Assembly (NCBI GenBank): GCA_016192455.1
Contig: JACPUC010000028.1
Coordinates: 1-64,000 of the forward strand
Reading direction: 5' to 3'
Source: Candidatus Tectimicrobiota bacterium
Lineage (GTDB): Bacteria > JACPUC01
DNA: 64,000 bases
The notes beneath the pieces were generated by a model. The model saw nothing but the letters and a program-made list of their open reading frames with translations, did not search any database and had not been told where the DNA came from. Both the position numbers and the translations under genes were made by a program. Position 1 is the stretch's first letter, and each line of letters opens with the position of its first letter. Below, piece after piece: positions 27,557-36,910 of this stretch.

Positions 27557-29263
27557 ATGGCAACGGTGAGAGTCGCCAGCGCACAGTTTTACTCCGGTGA
27601 TGACACCGAGGAGAACCTGAAGCTCTGCCAGGACTTTATCGAACGGGCCGCGGCCGGGGGCGCCCAGCTCGTCGTGCTGCCGGAGAACTCCAATCGCAAC
27701 CGCAGCTACGCCAACCCGGCGGAATGCTACCAGCACGCCGTCACCCTGCCGGGTCCTTTCTTCGATCCGATCATCGAGCAGGTGCGGCGTCTGAAGATGT
27801 ACCTGGTGATCAACACCGACCTCCGCGGCAGCCGCGCGCCGGAGGTGTTCATCACCTCGGTCCTCATCGGTCCCAAGGGGGTCATCGGCAGGCACCGCAA
27901 GCACATCCTGTGGGACTACGAGTACACTCTCTTCGTGCCCGGCGAGGAGGAGTGCCAGGTCTTCGACACCGAGCTGGGCCGCATCGGCATGCAGATTTGC
28001 GGCGACGGCATCCTGCCCGAGACGCCGCGCTGCCTGGCCCTGCTCGGGGCGCAGATGCTTTGCAACTCCCTGAACTCGCGCGGGCCGGACGAGAAGCGCC
28101 TGCACATCCCCTGCAGGGCGATTGAGAACCGCTGCTGGCACATCTCCTCCAACTCCGTCGGCAACCCCCTGCCCGAGGTTCCCTGGACGGGGGGCAGCCA
28201 GGTGGTGGCGCCCGACGGCAGCGTGCTCGTCTGCGCCAGCGAGACCGAGCCGGACCTCGTCTTCGCCGACATTGAACCGGAGCTGGCCGATGACAAGCGC
28301 TGCGCGGTGACGGACCACATCTTCGCCTGGCGGCGCCCGGACCTCTACCGCATCCTCGAGGAGCCGGTGGAGAGCCTGCCGGCCGCTCCCTTCTATGGCA
28401 AGCTCGCCGACGACGATCGCCCCGCGCCGGTGCGGGCCGCCGCCATGCAGCTCAGCCTCTACCACGACTACGGCTACACCCTGCGGCGCGCCGAGGGGCA
28501 GATCGCCTACGCCGGCTTCCGGGGCGCGCAACTTGGCGTCCTGCCGCAGCTCTTCCCCTTCGCGCCGGACGAACCCCAGCGCGATGCCGCCGGCTGCGCG
28601 CGGAAGTCGTGGGACATCCTGCCGCGCCTCCAGGGGAAGGTGCGCGAGGTGGGAATATGGCTCGCCACCAGTCTCGTTGAGGAAGAGAACGGCTCGTTCT
28701 TCCACACCGCCTACCTGCTGAGTCCGAGAGGCGAGATCGCCGGGCGCTATCGCAAGACGCACCTGAACTCGGGCGAGCAGCGCTGGGCGAGCGCGGGCGA
28801 CGACCTGCCGGTATTCCAGACGGAGATCGGCATCCTGGGGATCATCATCGGCGATGAAATCTGGGTGCCGGAGGTGGCCCGCTGCCTGGCGCTGAAGGGG
28901 TGCGAAATCTACCTCCATCCCTGCTCCTGGGCCACCGAGCAGGAGGCGCGGATTCTGGCGGTGCAGCGTGTGGAAGAGAACAAGGTGCACCTCGTCTCCG
29001 CCAACCGTCTTGACTCCCCGGCGCCCTGCGGCAGCCAGATCGTCATGCCCGACCTGCCCTTCCCCGGGCAGCCGATCGCCCTGCAGCGCTACCCGATGGC
29101 GTACATGTCGCGCTACGGCTTCGAAGAGGAGCTGATCCTCGACCTGGACCGCCGCGTCACGCACTCGAAGCTCATGGGCTTCCACCTCGACTGCCTGAAG
29201 AAGCGCATGCCGCACATCTACCACGTCATGTGCGCCGAGCAGACAGCGCCCGTGGCGCGGTAA
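27557..29263 (+). CDS. Tandem two-domain carbon-nitrogen hydrolase (nitrilase superfamily)
   Basis: Domain 1 has LPE/HRKH/ICGD; domain 2 has LPQ/YRKTHL/IIGDE. Confidence 0.88.
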   Translation: MATVRVASAQFYSGDDTEENLKLCQDFIERAAAGGAQLVVLPENSNRNRSYANPAECYQHAVTLPGPFFDPIIEQVRRLKMYLVINTDLRGSRAPEVFITSVLIGPKGVIGRHRKHILWDYEYTLFVPGEEECQVFDTELGRIGMQICGDGILPETPRCLALLGAQMLCNSLNSRGPDEKRLHIPCRAIENRCWHISSNSVGNPLPEVPWTGGSQVVAPDGSVLVCASETEPDLVFADIEPELADDKRCAVTDHIFAWRRPDLYRILEEPVESLPAAPFYGKLADDDRPAPVRAAAMQLSLYHDYGYTLRRAEGQIAYAGFRGAQLGVLPQLFPFAPDEPQRDAAGCARKSWDILPRLQGKVREVGIWLATSLVEEENGSFFHTAYLLSPRGEIAGRYRKTHLNSGEQRWASAGDDLPVFQTEIGILGIIIGDEIWVPEVARCLALKGCEIYLHPCSWATEQEARILAVQRVEENKVHLVSANRLDSPAPCGSQIVMPDLPFPGQPIALQRYPMAYMSRYGFEEELILDLDRRVTHSKLMGFHLDCLKKRMPHIYHVMCAEQTAPVAR

Positions 29264-29338
29264 GCAGGTGAGTCCGCCAGGGAGGCAGGGAGGAAGTGGC
29301 GCGGCCCGCTGCCCTGCCGCTTCCCTGCCGGCGCCCCC

Positions 29339-30721
29339 ATGGAAGTCTCAGCGATGCAGCCTTCCTGCCCTCTGCTCGGCCACCTCCACGATCAGCTTCA
29401 GGCAGCGGGCGCCGGGGCAAGCCGCCGATGCTTGCTCTTGGCGCTGGCTGCTCTGCTCGTTGCAGGTCTCCTCTCTCCCCGCCTCATTGCAGACGTAGCG
29501 CCGCAGGAAGTCTCGGTCCAGCAATTCCTGGAGAAGCACTGGCAGCGCCCGCTGCGGCCGCAGGGCGAGCCTCCCGCGGAGTACACGCCGCTGGAGACCT
29601 CCTTGCTGCCGAAGGACTGCGGCGCCTGCCACCCCGTGCAGTACCGTGATTGGCAGACCTCCCTGCACAGCAAGAGCATGGGACCCGGAGTCGCGGGGCA
29701 GATCATCGACATGCTGCCCGATGATCCCGAGCAGGCGACACTCTGCCTGAGCTGCCATGCGCCCCTCGCGGAGCAGAACGCCCACCGCCGCGCGCCTGCC
29801 TCCGGCGCGGCCGCGACGTTCGTTCCGAACCCGTCGTTCAACGCCGAGCTGCAGCGGCACGGCATGCTGTGCGCCGCCTGCCACGCGCGGCAGCGGCGCG
29901 TCTCTGGCCCGCCCCGTCGGCCGGGGCTGGCGCCGCCGCCGGGCGGGCGGCCGGTGCACGGCGGCGTGCAGCGCACCCCGGCGTTCCGTGACTCGGGGTT
30001 CTGCAAAAGTTGCCACCAGTTTGAGGCGGACGGCTACGCCCTCAACGGCAAGCTGCTCGAGAACACGTACAACGAGTGGGCGGCCGGGCCTGACGCCGGG
30101 GAGGGAAAAGAGTGCCAGGACTGCCACATGCCGGATCGCCGCCACCTCTGGCGCGGCATCCACGATGAGGAGATGGTGCGCCAGGCCATCACCGTCACCG
30201 TCACCCCCGCGCAGCCCAGCTACAGACCGGGCGACACCGTGCGGGCCACGATCGCGGTGCGCAACAGCGGCGCCGGGCACTACTTCCCAACCTATGTCAC
30301 CCCCAAGGTGTTCGTGCGCGCCAAGCTTGTCGGAGCGGACAATCAAACACTCGAAGGGACGGAGCAGGTTGCGACGATTGGCCGCGAGGTAAGCCTCGAC
30401 CTCTCCCGCGAGGTCTACGACACGCGCATTCCGCCGCGGCAAGAGATGAGGTTCACCTATGCCGCGAAGCTTCCTGCCGCGCCCCTCGCGCCAGACCCCG
30501 CCGGGGCCAGCAGAACCCTGTCCGCCATGTCGGCGGAGGCTGGCCCGGCGACGTTGCAGGTGCGCGTCGTCGTTGAGCCGGATCACTTTTACGAGCGTTT
30601 CTTCATCTCTATCCTTGCGCAGAACGGCGCCTTGAAGGGACGAGCGATGCTGCAGCAGGCGCTCGAGGCGGCCCGCTCAGCGCGATTCACGGTCTTTGCG
30701 CAGGATATCCCAGTCTCGTAG
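29339..30721 (+). CDS. Exported pentaheme c-type cytochrome (c554/c552-like)
   Basis: Five CxxCH motifs (CGACH, CLSCH, CAACH, CKSCH, CQDCH); hydrophobic leader; AGHYFPT; start uncertain. Confidence 0.85.
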   Translation: MEVSAMQPSCPLLGHLHDQLQAAGAGASRRCLLLALAALLVAGLLSPRLIADVAPQEVSVQQFLEKHWQRPLRPQGEPPAEYTPLETSLLPKDCGACHPVQYRDWQTSLHSKSMGPGVAGQIIDMLPDDPEQATLCLSCHAPLAEQNAHRRAPASGAAATFVPNPSFNAELQRHGMLCAACHARQRRVSGPPRRPGLAPPPGGRPVHGGVQRTPAFRDSGFCKSCHQFEADGYALNGKLLENTYNEWAAGPDAGEGKECQDCHMPDRRHLWRGIHDEEMVRQAITVTVTPAQPSYRPGDTVRATIAVRNSGAGHYFPTYVTPKVFVRAKLVGADNQTLEGTEQVATIGREVSLDLSREVYDTRIPPRQEMRFTYAAKLPAAPLAPDPAGASRTLSAMSAEAGPATLQVRVVVEPDHFYERFFISILAQNGALKGRAMLQQALEAARSARFTVFAQDIPVS

Positions 30722-30906
30722 CGCCTCCCTTTCCTCCCCTCCACGCGGGACGTGACGGCGCCCGACCAGCAACGCTTCATCCCCCGCGACGGCTTGCCGC
30801 GGCGGCCTGCGGCGGGGAACGCGCCTGCCCGAGCATGGGGCATGGGCGAACGGCGCGCTCGAGGGGCGAGCGCCTCGTGACCGCGCCCCAGGAAGCGCCT
30901 CCCATC

Positions 30907-31380
30907 ATGGCTCCAGCCCAGCGCCATTTCCACAGCAGATCGCCCGCCGAGACCTTACGGCTGGGGGCGGAGCTTGGCCGCCGCCTCCCTCCCGGCAGCT
31001 TCGTCGGTCTGCGCGGCGACCTCGGCAGCGGCAAGACGACCTTCTGCCAGGGGCTGGCGATCGGGCTGGGGGTGCAGGACCCCGCGGCCGTGCACAGCCC
31101 GAGCTTCACCCTCGTCAATCTCTACGAAGGCCCCGTGCCCCTTGCTCACCTCGACTTCTACCGCTTGAGCAGCAGCGATGAGCTGGAAACCATCGGCTGG
31201 CGAGACCTGTTCGACGATCAGACCGTCATCGTCGTTGAGTGGGTGGAGAAGATCCTCGCTGCCGTTCCGCCTTCCTGGCTGGAGGTGACGCTGAACTTCG
31301 GGGAGGGGGATGAGCGCCACATCCGCTACACGCCGCACGGCAGCGCCTCCGCTGCCTGGCTGCCGCCGGACGAACGGTGA
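30907..31380 (+). CDS. tsaE: tRNA threonylcarbamoyladenosine biosynthesis ATPase
   Basis: LRGDLGSGKTTF, SPSFTLVN, HLDFYRL, VEW. Confidence 0.95.
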   Translation: MAPAQRHFHSRSPAETLRLGAELGRRLPPGSFVGLRGDLGSGKTTFCQGLAIGLGVQDPAAVHSPSFTLVNLYEGPVPLAHLDFYRLSSSDELETIGWRDLFDDQTVIVVEWVEKILAAVPPSWLEVTLNFGEGDERHIRYTPHGSASAAWLPPDER

Positions 31381-31542
31381 AGGAGAGGGGTTGATCGACC
31401 GCCGGCGGCCAGGCTCTCCCTCCTCCCCTTGTCCGACCCCCATTCGCACCCCGGCCGCACCGTAAGGGAGGCCCTGCCTGAGAGGAAAACGCCACGCATC
31501 TCCTCCCCAGGGCTGGCGGGTGGGGAGGAGGAATTTTGAACC

Positions 31543-31578
31543 TTTACAGTTCACCCATGAAGTGGCATAATGTTTGCT
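31543..31578 (+). promoter_or_regulatory. Overlapping sigma70 promoter and sigma54 -24/-12 site
   Basis: TTTACA-17 nt-CATAAT (31543-31571) and TGGCATAATGTTTGCT (GG-N10-GC, 31563-31578). Confidence 0.65.
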
Positions 31579-31633
31579 AACAAGTTTGGGGCTGCGTGGC
31601 CAAACCCCGGCTCAGGTGAGGTAGCGATCCCTC

Positions 31634-32380
31634 GTGCACCGATCGAGAACGCTTCGCGCCGCACTCCTCCTCTTCATGGCGGGGCTGCTTGCCGCCAGCG
31701 GCTTCTTCCTCTACACGAACACGACCGAGACGGATGTGACGCCGGACCCCGACCTCCTCAAGCCGGTTGAGAAGGGGATGGACCTGCGGATGGGCGGCAT
31801 CCAGCTCGTGGAGAACCGAGAAGGCCGGCGCCTCTGGAGCCTGGAGGCGCGGAGCGCCGAGAACCGTGTTGGGGAGCCGACCATCGCTCTGCATGATCTC
31901 ACTATTCACTTCTACAGTGAGCGGACGCAGGGTGTTCCCGTGGTCATGACTGCCGATGAAGGCATCTTCAACCGGGCCAGCCACGATCTCACCGTGTGGG
32001 GCAACGTGCTGGTCCAGAAGCGCGACAGTCAATCCGACTTCCGCACCATGGAGATGACCTGGGTAGCAAAAACCGATCGCATCGAGACCACCAAGCCTGT
32101 TTCCATCCGGACGCCGCGCTATACGGTCGATGCCTTGGGCCTCTCCTCCACGACCGACCTTGAGACGGTGGAGCTGAAGGAGCAGGTGCGGGCCGTTTTT
32201 TTCGCCCTTGACACGACGGAACGCGCGGCCGCGCTGCAGGGCGAGGGCCCACCTCTCGCCACCAAGGGTGCCACGCCGCAGGGTTTGCCCGCGGCGTCGA
32301 ACGGCGGCGGCTCAAGCCATCGCGCCAGCCCCAGCCCGAGCGACGGCCGTGCTCGTACCCCTGGCAGGGAGAAGCTATGA
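31634..32380 (+). CDS. lptC: LPS export ABC transporter periplasmic protein LptC
   Basis: N-terminal TM anchor, beta-rich body, position before lptA and lptB. Confidence 0.8.
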   Translation: MHRSRTLRAALLLFMAGLLAASGFFLYTNTTETDVTPDPDLLKPVEKGMDLRMGGIQLVENREGRRLWSLEARSAENRVGEPTIALHDLTIHFYSERTQGVPVVMTADEGIFNRASHDLTVWGNVLVQKRDSQSDFRTMEMTWVAKTDRIETTKPVSIRTPRYTVDALGLSSTTDLETVELKEQVRAVFFALDTTERAAALQGEGPPLATKGATPQGLPAASNGGGSSHRASPSPSDGRARTPGREKL

Positions 32381-32994
32381 GGTATGCTTGCGCTCAGTTC
32401 CAGGTCGTCATGCGCCGCGCCGCCGCAGCCGCTGGCGCGCGGCGTGTGGGATCTCTGGTCGTGCTCCTTGTCGGCCTCGGCATGCTCCTCTTGCCTTGCA
32501 GCGCCGCGCAGGCGCAGCAGAAACAACAAGGCGAGGCCGCGCAGCAACGGGTTCCTATCAATGTCACCTCGGATCGCATGGAAGTGAACAACCGCGCTAA
32601 TTCCATTACATTTCTTGGTAATGTCATCGTCACGCGCGAAGACATGAGGATGACGGCGGATCAGCTCGTGGTGCAGAACGAGCAGCAGACGAACCAATTG
32701 CAGAGCATCACCGCGACGGGGAACGTGACGATCACGCAGGGAGAACGCCGGGCTACGGGGAAGGAGGCATTCTTCATCGAGCGGGAGGAGAAGATCATTT
32801 TGAAAGGGAACGCGCGCGCTACCGAGGGGGAGAACATCATCACCGGCGAGGAGATGACGCTCTTTCTCCGCACCAATCGCACCATCATTACGGGCACACC
32901 GCAGCGGCGCGTGCACGTCGTCTTCCACCCCAAGTCGCAGTCAATGAAGAAGCTCGGTACCCCAGACGGAAAACAGCCGTCGGAGAAGCGCTAG
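32377..32994 (+). CDS. lptA: LPS transport periplasmic protein LptA
   Basis: PINVTSDRME, FLGNV, ATGNVTITQG, LKGNA; ATGA overlap with lptC. Confidence 0.88.
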   Translation: MRYACAQFQVVMRRAAAAAGARRVGSLVVLLVGLGMLLLPCSAAQAQQKQQGEAAQQRVPINVTSDRMEVNNRANSITFLGNVIVTREDMRMTADQLVVQNEQQTNQLQSITATGNVTITQGERRATGKEAFFIEREEKIILKGNARATEGENIITGEEMTLFLRTNRTIITGTPQRRVHVVFHPKSQSMKKLGTPDGKQPSEKR

Positions 32995-33128
32995 CGTCGC
33001 GTCCCACAAGTTCCTGATAAATTCGGTGCAGTACTCGTGGCAGTGGGAGAGGGATTTCTTGTGGAGGACCCTTGCTCGCCTCCCTGCCTCTCGCCCAGCG
33101 GGGCAGGCAGGCGCCCCCAGTCCCTTTT

Positions 33129-33156
33129 GTAGGTGCGATTCGCGAACCGCCCTGAC
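33129..33156. repeat. GTAG-type REP-like palindrome, degenerate copy
   Basis: GTAGGTGCGATTCGCGAACCGCCCTGAC. Confidence 0.6.
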
Positions 33157-33564
33157 GATCACGGGTGCGCGAGGGGACGTGGTTCCCTCCATGAGACCCT
33201 CCCGAGCTTGGCAACGATAGCGCCAATCAGGTGAACGAAGTTAGGGGACGCCAGAGGAGGGAGGGGTCACGGGCGGCCGCCCGCTCGCTCGCGCCAACCC
33301 CCTTCGGAATGCCGCCAACAGCACCGCCGCGCCCTTCCTCCCATAAGGGTCGGCACGGCGCGGTGGAGCCATCAGCGGCCGGCGCCGCGACAGGGGCGAG
33401 GCGTTGCCGGAGGGTGCAGATTCTTCTTCTTCCGCTGCGGTCCTGGTGGGGGCGTGGAACCGCGGAGGGGCTGGAGGCCGTGTTGTTGACGCAAGTCCGA
33501 TGTAGCCGCCGCGACAGGGGCAGGTCCCCCCTGCGCTGTCGGGATGTGGTGAGGATACAGCATC

Positions 33565-34608
33565 GTGCAAGGCTTGCTGGCGATTGAGCTGGTGAAATCG
33601 TACCGCAAGCGGCGCGTCGTGAACCGCGTCAGCCTCAGCGTGCGCGAAGGGGAGATCGTCGGCCTGCTGGGGCCGAACGGGGCGGGCAAGACGACGGTGT
33701 TCTCGATGGTGGTGGGGCTGGAGCGGCCGGAGTCTGGTCGCATCTTCCTGCAAGGGCAGGACGTGACCCACCTCCCCATGTCGGAGCGGGCGCGGCGTGG
33801 TATCGGCTACCTGCCGCAGGAGCCTTCGATCTTCCGCAAGCTGACGGTCTACGAGAACCTCATGGCGGTGCTGGAGATGACCGCCCTGTCGCGGTTGGAG
33901 CAGCAGCGCAAAGCGGAAGCGCTCATGGAAGAGCTCGACTTGGCGGGGCTGCGCGGCGCCTACGGCTATGCGCTCTCCGGCGGCGAGCGGCGGCGCGTTG
34001 AGATTTGCCGCGCCCTGGCTACCTCGCCGGCCTTCATCCTCCTGGACGAGCCCTTCTCCGGCATCGATCCCATCGCCGTCCAGGAGCTGCAACGCATTCT
34101 CGGCGAGCAACGCCGCAAACGCATCGGCCTCCTGATTACGGACCATAACGTCCACGAAACGTTGGCAGTAACCGACCGAGCCTATATTATTAGCGAAGGA
34201 AACATCCTCGTCAGCGGGACGCCGGGCGAGGTTGCGGCAAGCGAGAAGGCGCGTCGCATCTACTTCGGCGAGAAGTTTCAGATGCCAGCCGCGGGGCACG
34301 CCGGCCAGCCAGGCCTGCCGCACGAGCTGGGGGCTGAAGCGCTTTTCGAGCAGACACTCCTGAAGCTGCTGCATGGCCAAGAGGAGATCACCGTCGCCGC
34401 GCAGGAGATCATCCGCGTCGCCGAAGAGCTTGGCGGCCAGCGGGACTTCCTCACCGAGACCTGGATCCAGGAGCAGATGGTGAAACGCGGTCTGGTGGGC
34501 AACCATGGGGGCGGCGTGTACCGCAAGTACGTGGCCCGAGCGGGTCGCCGCACGAGCATCCCCCACTATCGTGTCCGTAGGAGCTCGCTGAAGCAGCCTG
34601 CCGTGTGA
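33565..34608 (+). CDS. lptB: LPS export ABC transporter ATPase LptB with 107-aa C-terminal extension
   Basis: GPNGAGKTT, YLPQEPSIFRKL, LSGGERRR, LLDEPF, ITDHNV; the canonical end IYFGEKFQM is at residue 240. Confidence 0.95.
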   Translation: MQGLLAIELVKSYRKRRVVNRVSLSVREGEIVGLLGPNGAGKTTVFSMVVGLERPESGRIFLQGQDVTHLPMSERARRGIGYLPQEPSIFRKLTVYENLMAVLEMTALSRLEQQRKAEALMEELDLAGLRGAYGYALSGGERRRVEICRALATSPAFILLDEPFSGIDPIAVQELQRILGEQRRKRIGLLITDHNVHETLAVTDRAYIISEGNILVSGTPGEVAASEKARRIYFGEKFQMPAAGHAGQPGLPHELGAEALFEQTLLKLLHGQEEITVAAQEIIRVAEELGGQRDFLTETWIQEQMVKRGLVGNHGGGVYRKYVARAGRRTSIPHYRVRRSSLKQPAV

Positions 34609-34632
34609 GAAGCCGAACGAGCGAGGGTCGGG

Positions 34633-36042
34633 ATGGCGCTGGAACCCAGGCTTCAACTGAAGCAGACGCAGAAGCTGGTGATGACGGCCATGTTGCAGCA
34701 GGCCATCAAGCTTCTGCCGCTTACCAAGCTGGAGCTGGTGGAGCTCATCGTCCGCGAGCTGCAGGAGAACCCCTTCCTGGATGAGGAGACGGCGGACGAA
34801 GACGGCGCCGAAGTGGCAAGCAGCGATCAGGAGAACACCGCCGACGAGTCCCAGGAGCTGCGCGAGCGCATCGATGAGTGGGAGCAATACTTCAACGACT
34901 CGAGCGAGCTCGGCATGCCGTCGGAGCCCGTCGACGAGAGCCAGAGCCGCGAGAGCACCCTCAGCCGGCCGCAGACGCTCACGGAGCATCTCCTCTGGCA
35001 GCTCCACATGAGCTTCACCGAGAATCTCGACAAGGAGATCGGCGCCTATCTCATCTCCAACCTGAACGAAGACGGCTACCTCACCCTGTCGCCGGAGGAG
35101 GTGGTTCTCGAGCTTGGCGTGCCGCTTGAACGGGTGCTGGAAGTGCTGCGGAAGGTGCAGCTCTTCGACCCGGTGGGCGTCGGGGCGCGGGACTTACGCG
35201 AATGCTTGCTCATCCAGCTCGAGCAGCTCGACGGCGCCAACACCGTCACCAAGAAGCTCATCGAGGAGTACCTCCCCCTCCTCGAGGAGCGCAACTACGG
35301 CAAGATCGCCAAGGAACTCGGCATCTCCGGCGAAGAGCTGCGGCTTGCGGTCCGCCTGATCCAGGAGCTTGACCCGAAGCCCGGCAGCCGGTTCCGGGAG
35401 GATGAGACCGTCTACATCGTGCCGGACCTCTATATCATCAAGATGCACGGCGAGTACCAGGTGCTCCTCAATGACGAGGGCATCCCTCGCCTGCGCGTGC
35501 ACCCTTACTACCGCAGCATCCTGAAAGACAAGCGCCAGATCGAAGGCTCGACACGGCAGTACATCGAAGAGAAGTTCCGCTCCGCCATGTGGCTGATCAA
35601 GAGCATCGAGCAGCGCCAGCAGACGCTCCTCAAGGTGGCCCGCAGCATCGTGACGTTCCAGCGCGAGTTCCTCGATCAAGGGGTGTCGCATCTGCGGCCC
35701 CTCGTCTTGCGGGACGTGGCTGATGACATCGAGATGCACGAGTCAACCGTCAGCCGGGTCACCACCCGCAAGTACATGCACACACCCCAGGGCATCTTCG
35801 AGCTCAAGTACTTCTTCCATAGCGGCATCGGTTCGGACAGTGGCGAGAACCTCTCGTCCGTGACCGTGAAGGAGAAGATCAGAAAGCTCGTCCAGCAGGA
35901 GAGTGGGAACCAGCCGCTTACCGACCAGCAGATCGTCGACATCCTTGGCAAGGACGGCATCCGCATCGCGCGGCGCACCGTGACGAAGTACCGCAAAGAG
36001 CTCAAGCTCCCTCCCTCCAGCCGGCGCAAGCGCCTCGGCTGA
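34633..36042 (+). CDS. rpoN: RNA polymerase sigma-54 factor
   Basis: LQQAIKLL, HESTVSR, RpoN box ARRTVTKYR. Confidence 0.97.
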   Translation: MALEPRLQLKQTQKLVMTAMLQQAIKLLPLTKLELVELIVRELQENPFLDEETADEDGAEVASSDQENTADESQELRERIDEWEQYFNDSSELGMPSEPVDESQSRESTLSRPQTLTEHLLWQLHMSFTENLDKEIGAYLISNLNEDGYLTLSPEEVVLELGVPLERVLEVLRKVQLFDPVGVGARDLRECLLIQLEQLDGANTVTKKLIEEYLPLLEERNYGKIAKELGISGEELRLAVRLIQELDPKPGSRFREDETVYIVPDLYIIKMHGEYQVLLNDEGIPRLRVHPYYRSILKDKRQIEGSTRQYIEEKFRSAMWLIKSIEQRQQTLLKVARSIVTFQREFLDQGVSHLRPLVLRDVADDIEMHESTVSRVTTRKYMHTPQGIFELKYFFHSGIGSDSGENLSSVTVKEKIRKLVQQESGNQPLTDQQIVDILGKDGIRIARRTVTKYRKELKLPPSSRRKRLG

Positions 36043-36448
36043 GTCGCCGCGGCTGGCTGGCAAACGCACGGCGGCAGGAAGCAGGACGCTGGCCGACGAG
36101 AGCAGAGCTTCGCCGAGTCTGTCGCGGGCTGGGCCACGATGAGCGAGGCTGCCGCCGAGGTCGGTGAGAGGCCCGCGGCGCTGAGGAGCCAAAGCGGCTG
36201 CGCTTGCTGTCTCCGCCAAGCCAGGCCTGACGGGCGTGGGAAGACGCGAGAGGCCCCGCGGTCCGGCGCCGGGGGAGGCCGCGCCGCTACCTCCCGCAAC
36301 TCGGAGGGGAGGTGTTCGTGCTGTCTGCCGCCTCAGGGGGAGAGGCTGCCGCGCAGCGTCTGCTCGGTGCGCGATGGGGAGTTGTGCCGCGGATGATTGA
36401 TGGTGAAGACCCTCCCTTACCCGCAGCGCGGGCGCCGAGGAGACCGCC

Positions 36449-36910
36449 ATGCGAATCGGCCAGATTCTGCGACAGGAGTGCCTGGTCCCGGATGTGAAAG
36501 CGCGCGATAAAGCGGGCGTCTTGGCCGAGCTGGCGCAGCGTCTGGTGCAGGTTGATCCCACGCTCGAACTTGAGGTCCTCATCACCTCGCTGCTGGAGCG
36601 GGAAAGCCTCGGCAGCACGGGCATCGGCGACTCCATCGCCATCCCGCACAGCCGCTTGCCGGGCCTGCGCCAGACGATGGCTGCCTTTGGACGCTCGGGG
36701 CAGGGGGTGGAGTTCGATTCGCTGGACGGCAAGCCGGTGCACCTCATCTTTCTCTTGATCGCTCCGGAGCACGCTTCGCGCCAGCACCTCATGGCGTTGG
36801 CGCGCATCTCGCGCTTGTGCCAGAAGGAATCCCTGCGCAGCCGGCTTATGCGGGAGCCCTCGGCCGATCGTCTCTACCAGCTCATTGTGGAAGAAGATGG
36901 AAAGCTCTGA
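36449..36910 (+). CDS. ptsN: PTS EIIA(Ntr)-like protein
   Basis: ERESLGSTGIG..IAIPH, FDSLDGKPV; follows rpoN. Confidence 0.9.
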   Translation: MRIGQILRQECLVPDVKARDKAGVLAELAQRLVQVDPTLELEVLITSLLERESLGSTGIGDSIAIPHSRLPGLRQTMAAFGRSGQGVEFDSLDGKPVHLIFLLIAPEHASRQHLMALARISRLCQKESLRSRLMREPSADRLYQLIVEEDGKL

